Source of the DNA: Sminthopsis crassicaudata
Taxonomy: Eukaryota
Length of the DNA stretch: 64,000 nucleotides
Direction of reading: 5' to 3'
Assembly: GCF_048593235.1 (NCBI RefSeq)
Contig: NC_133620.1
Span: 37,326,852-37,390,851, forward strand
Of the stretch, positions 1 through 12,789 are shown one piece after another. Numbering within the stretch: the first letter of the stretch is position 1; the number at the start of each line of letters is the position of its first letter. The translations under genes were made by a program, and so were the position numbers. Under the pieces are notes generated by a model that did not search any database, was not told the DNA's origin, and saw only the letters and a program-made list of their open reading frames with translations.

Positions 1-520
1 GGCAAGGTTTTTTTTTTTCGCTCTATAAAACACCTCCAGAAAAATGCACCTCGCTCAGATTTACACTTTATTACCCTAATGATTCTACAAACACCGCCAC
101 AATGTGATGAAAGGCAAAGCAGCCCCGATCTGATTGAGAGCTAATAAAAATCAGTCCCGAAAACTGAAAATAGCAGCCTTATCATCTTTCTTTCATTTAG
201 ACCTGATTACTCGGGGATTATAATGCANNNNNNNNNNNNNNNNNNNNNNNNNNNNNNNNNNNNNNNNNNNNNNNNNNNNNNNNNNNNNNNNNNNNNNNNN
301 NNNNNNNNNNNNNNNNNNNNNNNNNNNNNNNNNNNNNNNNNNNNNNNNNNNNNNNNNNNCAGATGCTTGCTTGTTCTCCCCGTTTAACTTCATAAGCTAC
401 CAGCCAATTTGTCTTTCAGGGACGAAATTAATTTCTGATGACAATGTGAGCAAGTAATAAACTAAGAGTTCCTGTCCTGGGAAGCTTGTTAATGCCATGT
501 AATGTTCTGAAGTTATTTAG
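1..520. promoter_or_regulatory. Candidate conserved non-coding element (interrupted by gap 228-359)
   Basis: Repeat-free, several retained CpGs, homeodomain-type motifs TTTATTAC 67-74, CTAATAAAA 141-149, GTAATAAA 454-461. Conservation not verified. Confidence 0.4.
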
Positions 521-1390
521 GGGAATTTTTTTTCTTTTTCTTTTTCTTTTTTTTTTACTCCTAGACTCACCCTCCAGGACATCTGTAACAGGGATTTCTT
601 TGTCTGAGGTATTGCCCATTTCTGGGAGGTTTATGACACCTTTTCCAGAGGTTGATTGGACGATGTTAAAAAGGAAACATAGTGCCCAGTATTTCTTTTG
701 GGTGGAGGTTATTTTTTTCTAAATGATCCCTTCTTCTTTGGGAGCCCACTAGGGCCCATACCCTAGGGATAGACCTTTGACCTCTTGCTTGGCTTCCTAA
801 TGGGGACATGAGTCAATTAATAGAAAATGGACCAAGAGGCCTTTGATAGGAAAGTACAACACTTCATAGGCTCTCATGGCTCTTGGCACACTATCCCATG
901 GTCCCCCTTCTCACTAGCTCCTTGATGAGGAGGATTGCCCCGGGAGGAGGGTCTTCTCACTGATGGAATTACGTGTGTTAATCTACTTCCATCAAGGGAA
1001 GAAAGGATGCCACAGGATTTCCCATCACACATACACACACTTCAGTGGCAGCCTGGGGAGGAGCTAAAGCAGAAGCTGGAAGCAGTGTTTATACATTCAT
1101 GTGTCCATTATTCAGCTGGAATATTAGAATGATGATGATGATGATGACAATAATGACAATTAGAATAATTATCAGAACTCATTAATGTCACCCATTACAG
1201 TTTTACTAAGTACTTTCCAAGAAAATATCATGGTGGGTGCTGTCAAATGTGAAGGTCTCTCTCTCTCCCTTCCTTGCAGAAATGATAGAATATTGCATAT
1301 CCTATGAGACAAAGTTTGTGTTGGTTGGTTTGGATAAACTTTCTATTTAATTCTGTTCATTCTCTTCTGGGAGAGTAGAAGGATATATTC

Positions 1391-1560
1391 TTTTTTCCCC
1401 ATTTAATATTTTATTTTTTCCAAATTACATACAAAGATAGTTTTCAACATTTACTTTTATGAGATTTTAATTTCCTTTTTTTTCTTATTTCCTCTCCCCT
1501 GCCCAAAATGACAAGCCAATCTGATGTAGGTTATATATGAATAATAATACTTAACATATT
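1391..1560 (-). mobile_element. L1 3' terminal fragment
   Basis: TTTTCCAAATTACATACAAAGATAGTTTTCAACATT...AATCTGATGTAGGTTATATATG resembles the antisense marsupial L1 3' UTR. Confidence 0.7.
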
Positions 1561-1629
1561 GTGGGTGGGTATATTCTGAAAATAATGAAATATGATTTTA
1601 AAAAAACAAATGCTATCTATAAAAAAGAG

Positions 1630-2240
1630 AGAAAGCAAAAATATTTTCTATACATTATTTCATTTTATCCTCAGAACAGCCTTGGGAGGTAGGTGCTATG
1701 ATAATTTCCAGTTTGCAGATGGAAAAACTGAGGTTCATTGAGGTTATCATTTGCCGAAGATCACACAGTTAGTTTCAGAAACACATAGATCTTAGTGTCA
1801 ATCTAATCCAACCTTTTCATTCACAGATGAGAAAACTGAGACCTAGGCAGATATTAAATGAGATTTACCAGCCACAAAGATAGAAAGATTTGAATACGTC
1901 TCTAACTCCAAAGTGAGGGGTCTTTCCAATATACCAAGGTTACCCTTTATTAAGTAAGTATCTGAGGCAGGAATCAAACACAATTGTTCCTTCTTCCAAA
2001 TCCACCCTTCTAAAAATCCACCGTACCTATCAGTTTCTTATATTTCTAGCATGGAATCAAAAATAGTATGCTAGTTCTGGATTCAAATCCTGATTCTTAC
2101 ACTTAATAATTGCATTGACACAGGAAAGCTGCCTATCCTTGTTAAATCTCAGTTTCTTCATTTGTAAAATGTACAGAAATGCCTCTAAAGCTTACCTCAT
2201 AGGCTTGTTGCAAGGCTCCAATGAAATATGTCTATATTAG
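1630..2240. mobile_element. Cluster of MIR (CORE-SINE) fragments, both orientations
   Basis: CORE motifs CAGATGGAAAAACTGAGG and CAGATGAGAAAACTGAGA (minus), CTCAGTTTCTTCATTTGTAAAATG (plus). Confidence 0.8.
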
Positions 2241-3499
2241 TAATTTCTATACTAGACAGATAAATATGGTTCCCACAGCAAGAATCTAAGTGGGGTTCCA
2301 ACCCAGCTCCTCAGGCTCCTAAGTCTCTCTGTATTAGGCCATACTGCCTTCTCATTTTCATTATTATCTGGATCAGACTTATTTCCCCAACTTGATACTT
2401 TTTCTTTAAATATTCTAATTCCTTGGGCTGATTTTCCATCTCTGGGTCACATTCATCCCTGGATACTCATTCAGGCATTTTCCTGCTCCACTCTCCTCCC
2501 TGCTTCCCCAACCTGTCTTCTCTGCCCTCACAAGGAACTCCCTACAGTCTAATGCCTGTCTATTAGTGTGTTTTAAAAACCTTGCTATCTGCCATATTCG
2601 GGAAGGTTTTATATGCACCACATGAAGGATCCTTTTCCAGAAACACTTTTGAAGAAAGTCCAAAGTAAGCTGAAAAGTATTACATTTTTCATCTCAATAG
2701 GGAAATAGATTTAAGAAAAAGGAGAGAAAGCCTTCGGGCCTTTCAGATTTTAAAAAGACTTTAAGCACACTGTTCGGTTAGAACTCGGAGCACATCTATC
2801 GCCAGAACCAAAACAATGTCTGCATTTACGCTCTGAAATGCTTCCCTTCTTCCTCAGTAATGGTAACAACTCTCAGGCATGTCAAGCTTCTCATCCATAT
2901 GGATGCCAAAGCGCTCTGCTGAATTAATACTGGGCAGGAGACCTCCCCAGGGGCTAATGAACATCTTCTATCATGTCCAGTGGGGAGAAAGGAGCAATAG
3001 CTTCGTTCAATGGAGGGGCAGCAGGGCAAGATGATGCTGGGAATGCTTTTGCCAAAGGAAAGAAAGCTGGGAGCATGTTCATCCTTCCTGGATTCTGTGG
3101 CTCAATGTGGAACTTGGCCATAACCTCATGGCCCTGCTAAAGCTTGCTATTTGATTCATTGATTGACAGAGAGACAATGACTGTGTCTTAAAGGAGGGAG
3201 ATGCTTTTTATATCCTGGATAAGGCCGTTGATTCTTTACACCATCTTATTTTAATAAAACAGTAATCATGACTGGCCTTTCTCTTAGATGGAATTTTCAC
3301 GTCTCTAAAATCCATTATCTGACCATGTCAATCAAAAAGTTTCATTAGCTCTCTATTGGCTCTATGATAAAAGACCAACCTCTTTGTTTGACATTGAAAG
3401 CCTTTCGGGGTCTGACTCCTATTTTTCCAGCTTGCACTAGAGAGAGAACAGAATTTGAAATCAAAGGGGCTCAAATTCGGGAACAAGATTTGGGGTCAA

Positions 3500-3760
3500 A
3501 GACTGTTTCTGGATAGTTTCAGTCATGTCCAACTCCTCTTAACTCCATTTGGTGTTTCCTTGTCAAAGATAGCAAAGAATGCTTTTTTGATTTCCTTTTC
3601 TAGTTCATTGTATAAAGGAATAAACTGAGGCAAATTGAGTTAAGTGAGTTGCCCAGATGGTATGTGCCTGAAGCTAGATTTGAATGCATGAAGAGGAGTA
3701 TTCCCGACTGTAAGCATGCATCCTGTGTACCATGGAGCCACTTAGCTCCCTCGTAATAAA
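3500..3760 (-). mobile_element. Mar1-type CORE-SINE
   Basis: TTTCAGTCATGTCCAACTC tail, AAACTGAGGCAAATTGAGTTAAGTGAGTTGCCCAG core. Confidence 0.7.
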
Positions 3761-3852
3761 TCCCAATTCTGTTTTCTACTCTTTACAACAGTGGACAAGT
3801 CATTTACTTCTCTTAAGATCTCATCTATAAAATAAGGAGGATTGGACTAGAT

Positions 3853-4040
3853 CAGAGGTTCTGAATATTTTTTGTGGTGTCATGGCAGTCTGAGGACCCC
3901 TTTTCCAAAAAAGTTTTTCAAATGCAAAAATCAACCATACAGAATTATAAAGGAAAGCAATTATATTGAAATATAGTATTTTCCTCACACAAGTTCATTG
4001 ACCCCCTTGAAATCCATCCACAGATCCTAGATCATAAATT
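3853..4040. mobile_element. Non-autonomous hAT-Charlie element (Charlie4-like)
   Basis: CAGAGGTTCT terminus; GGCAGTCTG..GACCCCTT; AAAGGAAAGCAATTATATTGAAATA; AAGTTCATTGACCCCCTTGAAATC. Right TIR degraded. Confidence 0.65.
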
Positions 4041-4059
4041 TTGATAGGATATGCAATAC

Positions 4060-4760
4060 CCCACATAAACATACATATATATGCCTATATATCTACATAT
4101 CCTATATATGCATATAAATATTATACATGTCTACAAAAATAACATATATTATATATACATATAGTCTATACCTATATCTGCTATATAGATAGAAACTATA
4201 TTCCTATACATGCTATGATTTATATATTATATATGTCTAGATCAGTATGTTCTATACTATATTTACACATATGTGTTATATATTTCTATGTATATTATAT
4301 GTGTATATAATATATATGTCCATATAGTATATATATATATATGTATAAACTATATATATTTCCATTAGCAACTTTTATATATACATATATATGTATACTA
4401 TATATATGTATATACTGCATGTGTCCATATTAGTAACATGTACTATATATGTGATATATGCCTATGTATACTATATATGTACATACTATATATGTCTATG
4501 TTTCTATATTTCTATACTACACATACAAATACTATATGTGCACATATATAGTCACATATGTCTATATTAGTAATTTATATATGATATGTATATATATATA
4601 TATCTATATTTACTATATAGAGCACATATACAAATATATGCTGTATGTATATATTTCACACATGTATATGTACCTACATATACACATATACACTACATAT
4701 ACATTTATATTAATAACTTATAAGTTATATATGCTATATGTCTGTGTATACTATATTACA
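4060..4760. repeat. (TA/TG/CA)-rich low-complexity tract
   Basis: Degenerate TATATA/TACA repeats running into gap; source of spurious ORFs 4458..4973 and 4738..4941. Confidence 0.95.
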
Positions 4761-5059
4761 NNNNNNNNNNNNNNNNNNNNNNNNNNNNNNNNNNNNNNNN
4801 NNNNNNNNNNNNNNNNNNNNNNNNNNNNNNNNNNNNNNNNNNNNNNNNNNNNNNNNNNNNNNNNNNNNNNNNNNNNNNNNNNNNNNNNNNNNNNNNNNNN
4901 NNNNNNNNNNNNNNNNNNNNNNNNNNNNNNNNNNGTTTTAAAGAGTTACTTGAAGAACTGCAAGTTTAAGTGATTTGTTAATGTTCACACAATCAATAGG
5001 ACTCAAACTCAGGGCCTTTTTCCTCTATCCATCTTTCCTCCTCGTAAGTCATCATTATA

Positions 5060-5320
5060 GCAACTAGTATTTATATACTATCTCCTATGTGTCATTTATA
5101 TATTATCTACTATGTATTGAATGCATTAGATTTATCACATCTAATCCTTACAATGTTCCTGAGAGATAAGTGTTTTGATTATTCCCATTTTACAGATGAG
5201 AAACTGAGGAAGATAGTGGTGAAGTGATTTATCCAGGATCCTGCAGATAATAAGTATCTGAGGCCAAATTTAAACTCAGGCTTTCCTGACTCTAGATCCA
5301 GTACTCTACTCATTGCACCA
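5060..5320 (-). mobile_element. MIR
   Basis: CCCATTTTACAGATGAGAAACTGAGG core plus AAACTCAGGCTTTCCTGACTC head. Confidence 0.8.
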
Positions 5321-5324
5321 AGTA

Positions 5325-5430
5325 GCTTCTTTCTCTTCCCTTCCATCTTTCCTTCCTTCCTTCTTTCTTTCCTTCCTTCCTTCTTTCTTTCCTTCCTTCC
5401 TTTCTTTATTCCTTCCTTCCTTCCTTCCCT
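5325..5430. repeat. (CTTC/CTTT)n polypyrimidine microsatellite
   Basis: Direct inspection. Confidence 0.95.
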
Positions 5431-6022
5431 CTGTCTACATAAGGTATCACACCTTTACTTATAGGTTTCCTTAAAGTCATGATATGACCACTAAGCCATT
5501 CAGTTTTCACTAAGGAAATAGCCAAAGGACCTGTGATTTTATCTCCCTGTGTGGGGAGTCTCTATCAATGACTGACTTTGTAAATAAATCTGAAGTAACT
5601 ACTTGAGACATATAAAAATCTAGCAAGTTTGCCACGGAGTATTTTTCAGTCAGAATTTGAACTTGGGTCTTTCTGACTCCAACCCCAGCACTCTAGCCAG
5701 TTTACCACTGGACAATAAAACTAATTGTTCCATGACCCTGACTTTCCTAAATTCAGCCAGTTCTTTGACAGAATTTGAACTCAATGCAAACTGGACCCAA
5801 CAGCAGGAGGTATGATTTCTAGTATTCCTAGTGTTCTGCATCCTTGCACAAATTATTCACATCAAGTAATCATTATCTTCTCTATTAGTTGCTGTTGCTG
5901 TTGCAGAGCATATTTCTTCCTATAAAAATGGATGTGGCTGGAAAGTCTTGTATACTAAGATTATTGCCAAAGAGTTCAACCCTCTCCAGGATGATAATGG
6001 GCATCTTTGTCTGTTTGACAGC

Positions 6023-6638
6023 TGTAAGGATACAGTTCCCACAAAACAAGAGAAGGGAATTGTAAGGGTCCTTTAAATGGGCGGCGCCACAGCACAACAG
6101 GAGATTTGAGTGGCCCAGAAGTAATCTCTGTGGATATAGGACTGTCCTGTGGGTGGGATCCTGGCCATATTGAGATAGCTTCGTAATGGGTGACGGCTCT
6201 CTTGCTGGTTGGCTGTGTGTGTGACCTCACAGGTCTTTTATCAGCCCACTGCAGACAGCAAGTCGCTCTCTTTAACCTGGCTCCCTAACCTGGGGTAGCT
6301 GAGCCAAGCTGATGGATAGCCAAGAGAGGTAAGGAGTTTGGTACTGAACATGTGGGTCTTCAGACCAGATGTTCACTAGGGAGCTAACAAGTCACGGCAT
6401 TAAGTCAGGGGCATTATGTGAGTAGGTATAATAAAGGCTTTTAAGATTACATGTGGCTGTTCTTGAGTTCGCTACCAGTTATTAAACTATAGATTCAAGA
6501 AATCATGGCCAGAGACCTTTGAAGGCCTCAAGAGGAAGCAAGCTGGGTAGAGTTGACACTGCAAAGGTCAGTGGTCAAAGGTACTCTATTGGGCATAGGG
6601 TAGACTAGTAATTGTAACTGCTAGGAGGGCATGTTACA
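6023..6638. mobile_element. Solo ERV LTR (616 bp), probably class II by TSD length
   Basis: Termini TGTAA...TTACA (5-bp inverted); perfect 6-bp TSD GACAGC at 6017-6022 and 6639-6644; AATAAA near 6430 on plus suggests plus orientation. Confidence 0.9.
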
Positions 6639-7125
6639 GACAGCCAGCTCTGATGTTTGTCCTAACTCTTTCTCCAGGTAGCCCCCCTACAGGGATCAAA
6701 TATATAGGAGGTCACCTTTACCTCTCCTCTCTCTTTTGTCCTTTGTGACCAAGAATAAATTTATAAACCTACTGATTCTTCCTAATGTTTCTACCTTCCT
6801 TAAATTCACTACTCTAAAGCAGATCAGAAATTCCTTATGCTAAAATTAAAAAACAATTTCCTAAGGGTTCTTTGTCTTCTTTCTAAGTAGGGGGTCTTTC
6901 AGTCTTTTTAATGTGTCACAGAATCTTTTGCAAAATGATCAAGCCTTGTTAAGTACTAGACTAAGGGTTCCCAGGGTTAAATTGCAGTGACTCCTTACTC
7001 ACAGGGCAAATTGGAACTCCTCAGGGTTACATTTTCTTTTACATTAGGGCTATTTGAATATATATTTCTCTTGCTTATTTGACTATGAGTTACTTGAAGC
7101 TAAAGACTGTGCCCTATTTATTTTT

Positions 7126-7565
7126 ATGGCATGAATTGCTGTGACCATGGAAAAGCTTACATGAACTGAAGCAAAGGGAAGTGAGCAGAACCAGGACAAC
7201 ATCGTACACAGTAATAGCAGCATTGTGCGATAATCACCTTTGATAGACTTTGTTCTTCTCAGCCATACAGTGATCCAAGATAATTCCAAAGGACTCATGA
7301 TGAAAAATGCTATCTGCCTCCAGATAAAGACATGATGTAGTCTGAATATAGAGTTAAGCATGCTATTTTTCATTTTCTTATAGTTTTCTTCCATAAAATG
7401 ACTAATATGGAAATATATTTTACATAATTGCACATATATAACCTATATCAGAGTACTTACCCCTTCAGAGAGAATTGGGAGAAAATTTAGAACTCCAAAT
7501 TTTTAAAAATGAATATTAAAAATTATTTTACATGTAATTAGGGGAAAATAAAATATTGTTTAAAA
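7126..7565 (+). mobile_element. L1 3' UTR fragment (older marsupial L1)
   Basis: AAGCTTACATGAACTGAAGCAAAGGGAAGTGAGCAGAACCAGGA...GATAATTCCAAAGGACTCATGATGAAAAATGCTATC...GGGGAAAATAAAAT. Confidence 0.85.
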
Positions 7566-8104
7566 ATAGAATTGCTATGAAAAAACAACAACAACAACAA
7601 CAACAACCACCCAGCAGCCAATTTGATTATGTATCTCTTGAAACTTGAGGAAACTGACCCTTGAACAACAGACATATAGTTCACCGTTTGGCCCAGATTC
7701 AAAGATTTTCCAGCTTGGTCGGACCTGCCAGAACTTGTGTTTTGTTTATATAGTCTTTGAGAATCCAGGATCACCTCCACACATGTTGAGACATTGTAAT
7801 ATTTTAGTGGAAAACTATTAAGAGCCACAAACAACAGAGGACTGTTTTATAGACATGCACAGGTTATGCTATATCAGCTTTCTTGCCACAAGCAATCACT
7901 GTTCACTGAATAAAAATTAGTCCTTTTATCTGAAGAAAAAGTAAAATGGGTGGAGTAGATTCCCACCATGATAACATCTCTGTTTCTCTCTCCCTTGGTC
8001 TTCTTCCATATCTCCATATTACCTCCTTTCCTCAGGTTCTTAAACCTTGATTTCTTATGATATTCAATTGAAATTCAATAAATATTTTAAGTACTTCTAT
8101 GTGA

Positions 8105-8590
8105 AAGGTAGTAGTAGTCATGATAGTAGTAGCATAATAATAGTTGTAATAGTAGCAGATAGTAGTAATTGTAATAGGAGGTAGCACAGTAGTCATAATN
8201 NNNNNNNNNNNNNNNNNNNNNNNNNNNNNNNNNNNNNNNNNNNNNNNNNNNNNNNNNNNNNNNNNNNNNNNNNNNNNNNNNNNNNNNNNNNNNNNNNNNN
8301 NNNNNNNNNNNNNNNNNNNNNNNNNNNNNNNNNNNNNNNNNNNNNNNNNTGGTAGCAGTAGTAGTAGTAGCAGATGTTAATAGTAGTAAGAGTAGTAGAT
8401 GGACTGAGAGGGATTAAGACAAACCTAGGATCATACAGTAGTAGATGGTAATGGTGGTGGTGGTGGTTGTGGTAGTAGTAGTAGTAGTAGTAGTAGTAGT
8501 AATAGTGGTAAGTAGTAGTAGTAGAAAGGAGGAGGAAAAGATGATGGTGGTAGTAGTAGTAGTACTAGCTGTAGTAAGACTTTAAGGTTA
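8105..8590. repeat. Compound (TAG/TGG/CAG)n trinucleotide tract
   Basis: Direct inspection; contains gap 8200-8349 and a short MIR fragment near 8400-8445. Confidence 0.95.
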
Positions 8591-9783
8591 TCAATTTTCA
8601 CAATAATTCTAGGATGTGGGAGTTATTATTAATCCCATTTGACAAACAAAGAAATTGAGGCTGAGAGGGGTTGAATGACTCACCTAAGATCACACAGCTA
8701 ATTAGTGATTGGACACAACTAAAATGACTGAACAACAACAGATATTAAGCACCGGGAAGGACAAAATGATGCATCCCTTGCCCTTGCAGAGCTTACAATG
8801 CTAACCCCACCTGCCTTTTTATAGACTCTGTTCTCTTCAGCCGAGATGTGCCTTTCCATTGCCAATTAAGAATCAGATTCTAAGTTTAAAAAAAAAAAAC
8901 TATTCTACTTAAAGATAAGGGTCACATTTACTTATTTTTGTTAAGATCTTTTAACTGATTTTTGCTGATTATCTATACACCATCCACTGATCAATTAATG
9001 AACAAGCATTTATTAAGCACCTACTATATGTCAGGCACAGTCCTAGATACCAGGATGACAGTGATAAAAGTGAAACAGTCCTTGATAGCCATCTGAACTC
9101 TTGAGTATCATTACTCTTCCCTATTTTCATCCACTACAAATTACTGACCCCTCACTCCTCTTCATTTTTTCTTAATGGTCTCTTAAAGAGGCCAGTGGTC
9201 TCTGTAGGGTCTGATCAAGCAGACACAGGAATCATTCTTCCATGCCCCCCTTCCTTTTTAATTTAAAATCCTTTCCATCAGTCTATGGGCAAATGGATTC
9301 TTCCCTGTATTTACTAGATGTACTCTGACCCTGGTCAGGAGTCCATCATTCCTGTATCTTGTGCTGAGATCAGTACAGCAAATCCCTTCCTTTCAATATC
9401 ACCTTTTTAACCAGCTGTGCCTTGCCTATTTCCTGCTTTCAATTTCTAAGTCCTTGCCTTCAGTTGGCTGTAGTAATGAAAACACCACCTGTTCCTTCGT
9501 GTCCTAATGTTTTCAGGCTACAGACTCTTCCCAGTCACTAGGAATTCATTTCAAGTTCCTTCCAATATGGGTCACCACGAATGAGTAATGGTCAATCCAC
9601 ACTGCTTGGGAGGTTTCACTGACTAAACATCCCCCTCTTAGGTAATGTGGTCACTTCTGTCCATCAGAGCAGGAGTTCACCAATCCCAAAATCTTAATTT
9701 CCTGGGACCAATATAGCTTTGCATCTATTTTACATAACTTATATGTTGAGCACATTATCTCTCTTTTAAAGAATGTAAGCTTA

Positions 9784-9905
9784 GGGGCAGTTAGATGGCT
9801 CACATCTAGAAAGAGAATGGCCCTGAAGTCAGGAGGACCTGAATTCAAACATTTAGTAGTTCCAAGCTCCATGACCCTGGGCAAGTCACTTAACCTCAGT
9901 TGCCT
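9784..9905 (+). mobile_element. WSINE1-like SINE with internal deletion
   Basis: GGGGCAGTTAG head, CCCTGAAGTCAGGAGGACCTGAATTCAAA B-box region, GACCCTGGGCAAGTCACTTAACCTC. Confidence 0.75.
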
Positions 9906-11653
9906 GGGGGGATAATGTAATCTACTTGGGGGCAGGTTCTGCTTCATTTGGGTTTTTTAACCATATACATTAACAGTATCAGACATATAGCAGGAATGTG
10001 TAAACCTACCAGTGCCAAGCACTGTTCTAAGCACTGGGAAGAAAAGAAAAACAAACAAACAAACAATAACAAATAGAATTTGCTCAAAGGACCTAAATCC
10101 CAATTTAATGAGAGAGACAACATATAAATGACCACATATAAAAAAGATATATTTGGAATGCTTTGTTGACTAGTCCAGGGTTAAACAACCAGTAAGTGTC
10201 TAAGGATAGATTTGAACTCAGGCTTTCCTTAGTCCAGACCTGTTCATGTAGCACCTAGCTGCCACTAATATACAGTGTACCTTGAGGGTAATAATGTATG
10301 ATGAAGAGTGGAAAAACCAATTCTCATGTCTAGGGTTGGTTCCATAAAGCTTTTAAGAAAATAAAACCTTCAAGAAATGATTCTTCCCCAGTACATGAGT
10401 GGGTGAAACAAGATCTGCTGGTTCTGAGACACAGGAACACAGTTGATATGAAAATCAAAGTGAAAAACTGGGTCTCCCAATTTGATTTTGGCTCAGTTTG
10501 TGAGCTACCTCAAGTACTAAATTGTAGTGGCCCATTCCTATTGCTGCTAAATTCCCAGTTGGGACTTTGGGAGCTAAGACCTCATCCCCCTCCCCCATTC
10601 CATTACTTTCTATTTGCCAAAGAAGAATTCCCTACATCAGCGGACTTGTTGTATGTTGAAAGTTGGCAAGGGGATAATAAATAAACAAAATTTATATCAA
10701 GGGTTAATCTGAAGGACAAGGTAAGTAAGGATTGGCATTGGTTAGCTGGAATACTCACAGATGTATGATCCAAGATCAAACAGGGAATCAGTTGATTTGA
10801 GTGGGGCAGAAAGGAGTTGGGGGTGGAGAAAGGCAGTCAAAGCCAAAAGCATAAAGGAACGGAGACAAGGTGCAAACCTGGATCAAGGCTCAGAAGCAAA
10901 GCCAGAGAAATGGTCATGAACTGACTTCAGCAAGAGCCCAATTGCCTCTTTTTGAAACTTGCTCATGGCCAAGGTTGGCGGGGCCTTAAAGAGTCCTTTG
11001 AATAGGAATGCTGGGTGGTGTCTGGCAAAGGTAGTTAATAACATCAAGATTAATTTGAGGTCAAGATTGGCTAATGATAAGCCAATCTTTTTTGATGGGA
11101 GCAAAAAAGTTTCCCATGGTTTGTTCCAATTTTATGAAAGATATGGGTGTATACATGTGTGTGGGGATTCTAGGATCTTGATTTTTTTTTCCTGTATTTT
11201 GATATTTTAAATTAATTCGTATCTAGAATGAAACATTTCTACCATTTTGCTTTTTCTCAATGTTATTTCATGATTTTTATCTTATGATTTTTAATTCATC
11301 CTTTAATAAAATTTTCCTTGAATATGATGATATATAGAAAGTGTTTTACTCACTTTAAGGTACTATATTTATGTTAAATACTTTGATTGTGGTCAATATC
11401 CTGGTAAGAGAAAGTTGTGGAAATCCAATAGTTCCAGAGATAGACTGAAATCTTATTATTCCAGCTTGTGAATAATATTGTCAAATTTTCAGTGCAAGAA
11501 TTTATATATCAAAAATTGACAAATGCTACAAATCAAAGTTAATTTATCAGTTTTCTAGACCTATGAAAGTGTTAATGATGCAGGTTAAAATGAAAAGTTT
11601 GACATGAGTATATTTTTCTGGAGTCAGTTGTTAATATCTACCAGTTCATCTCT

Positions 11654-11921
11654 GAATAGTTCTCAAATTTTTCAGGCTCAAGAATCCTTTATGCTCTGAA
11701 AAATTATTGAGGAGCCCTCCAAAGAATTTTTGTTTATTTGGTTTACATTATATAATTTTTCATGATATAATATTATATATCATTATAGTTATATATTATA
11801 TTAATTTATATTTACCATATTAGACATTTAAAACTCAGTATTGATATGAAAATAGTTTTGACTTTCCAAACCGACTTAAAAGGTTTCCAAGGAGCCTTGG
11901 AGCACTCTTTCAGAACTGCTG
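11654..11921. mobile_element. Non-autonomous hAT-Charlie element
   Basis: Degenerate TIRs AATAGTTCTCAAA / TTTCAGAACTGCTG; internal AAAAATTATTGAGGA and ATATGAAAATAGTTTTGAC; TA-rich expansion inside. Confidence 0.6.
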
Positions 11922-12017
11922 ATGTGGATAATTGAGACATGTTCTAGGTTCAGATCTTACCATACATACTTAGTGAATAACCTTGGGCAAATGACTGAGC
12001 TTTGCCATGCTCCAGGC

Positions 12018-12217
12018 CAGCAGTATCAAACTCAAATAGAAATAGGGACACTAATCTATACATGATGATCTCTGAAGATCATATAATGATTCAGTTTTAA
12101 AATGTAACATTATCTGTTTTATTGTCTTTTTTATTTATTTTGTCAACTATTTCCAGAATATATTTTCTTCTTGGTCAACTAAGATGTTGGCCTCCAGTGG
12201 ACTATTGGACATTTCTG
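12018..12217. mobile_element. Marsupial hAT MITE (about 200 bp)
   Basis: CAGCAGTATCAAACTCAAATAGAAA left end, TATTGGACATTTCTG right end; flanks CTCCAGGC / GCCTAGGT resemble a decayed 8-bp hAT TSD. Confidence 0.6.
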
Positions 12218-12789
12218 GCCTAGGTACCTCTCTGAGACTGAGGGCACTATCTATGTGGGTGGTCCTATCTATTACACTGCATAGAGTTGACCCTATATTA
12301 TTGAAAGTGATGTCAGGATAATACAAGTTTAAGCTGGTAAAAAGATAATAAAGAAAAAGATTGTTGGTATCCAAAAAATAGCTTAGCTAGGCCAGAGAAG
12401 CTCATTGCCAGGTATGTATTAGGCTTTTAGCCCACAGAAAAAAACTAATGGAACAAATACTAAAGTCAGAGAGAATGAAGAAAATACTTATATGGACAAA
12501 TTCATGGCTCCCTTGAACTATTTGAAATTTACTAAAATTTTTCTACATTACCCTGAATTTCTATTTAACATTTATATTGTCAATCTCTTCTTGTGTGTTT
12601 AATCTTAACTCACTTCCATAGTTAAAGTTTAAGCCTCCTGAAGACAGACCCTTAGGATTTTATTTCCTTCTACTCCTGACTCCAATGCTTGATCTTTATC
12701 CATTATATCACCCATGCCCTTCATTCTATTAGTGTTCTCTGGAGACTGTCTAGTTTATCAGAGCCCTAAATATCTAGCCCTAAGAACCA

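Noticed and set aside
2726-2744. Hairpin with a C(UUCG)G tetraloop (GAAAGCC-TTCG-GGCCTTTC)
   Set aside because: Only a 7-bp bulged stem, no wider ncRNA structure; compatible with chance.
2892-2905. 14-bp palindrome CATCCATATGGATG
   Set aside because: About four such palindromes are expected by chance in 64 kb.
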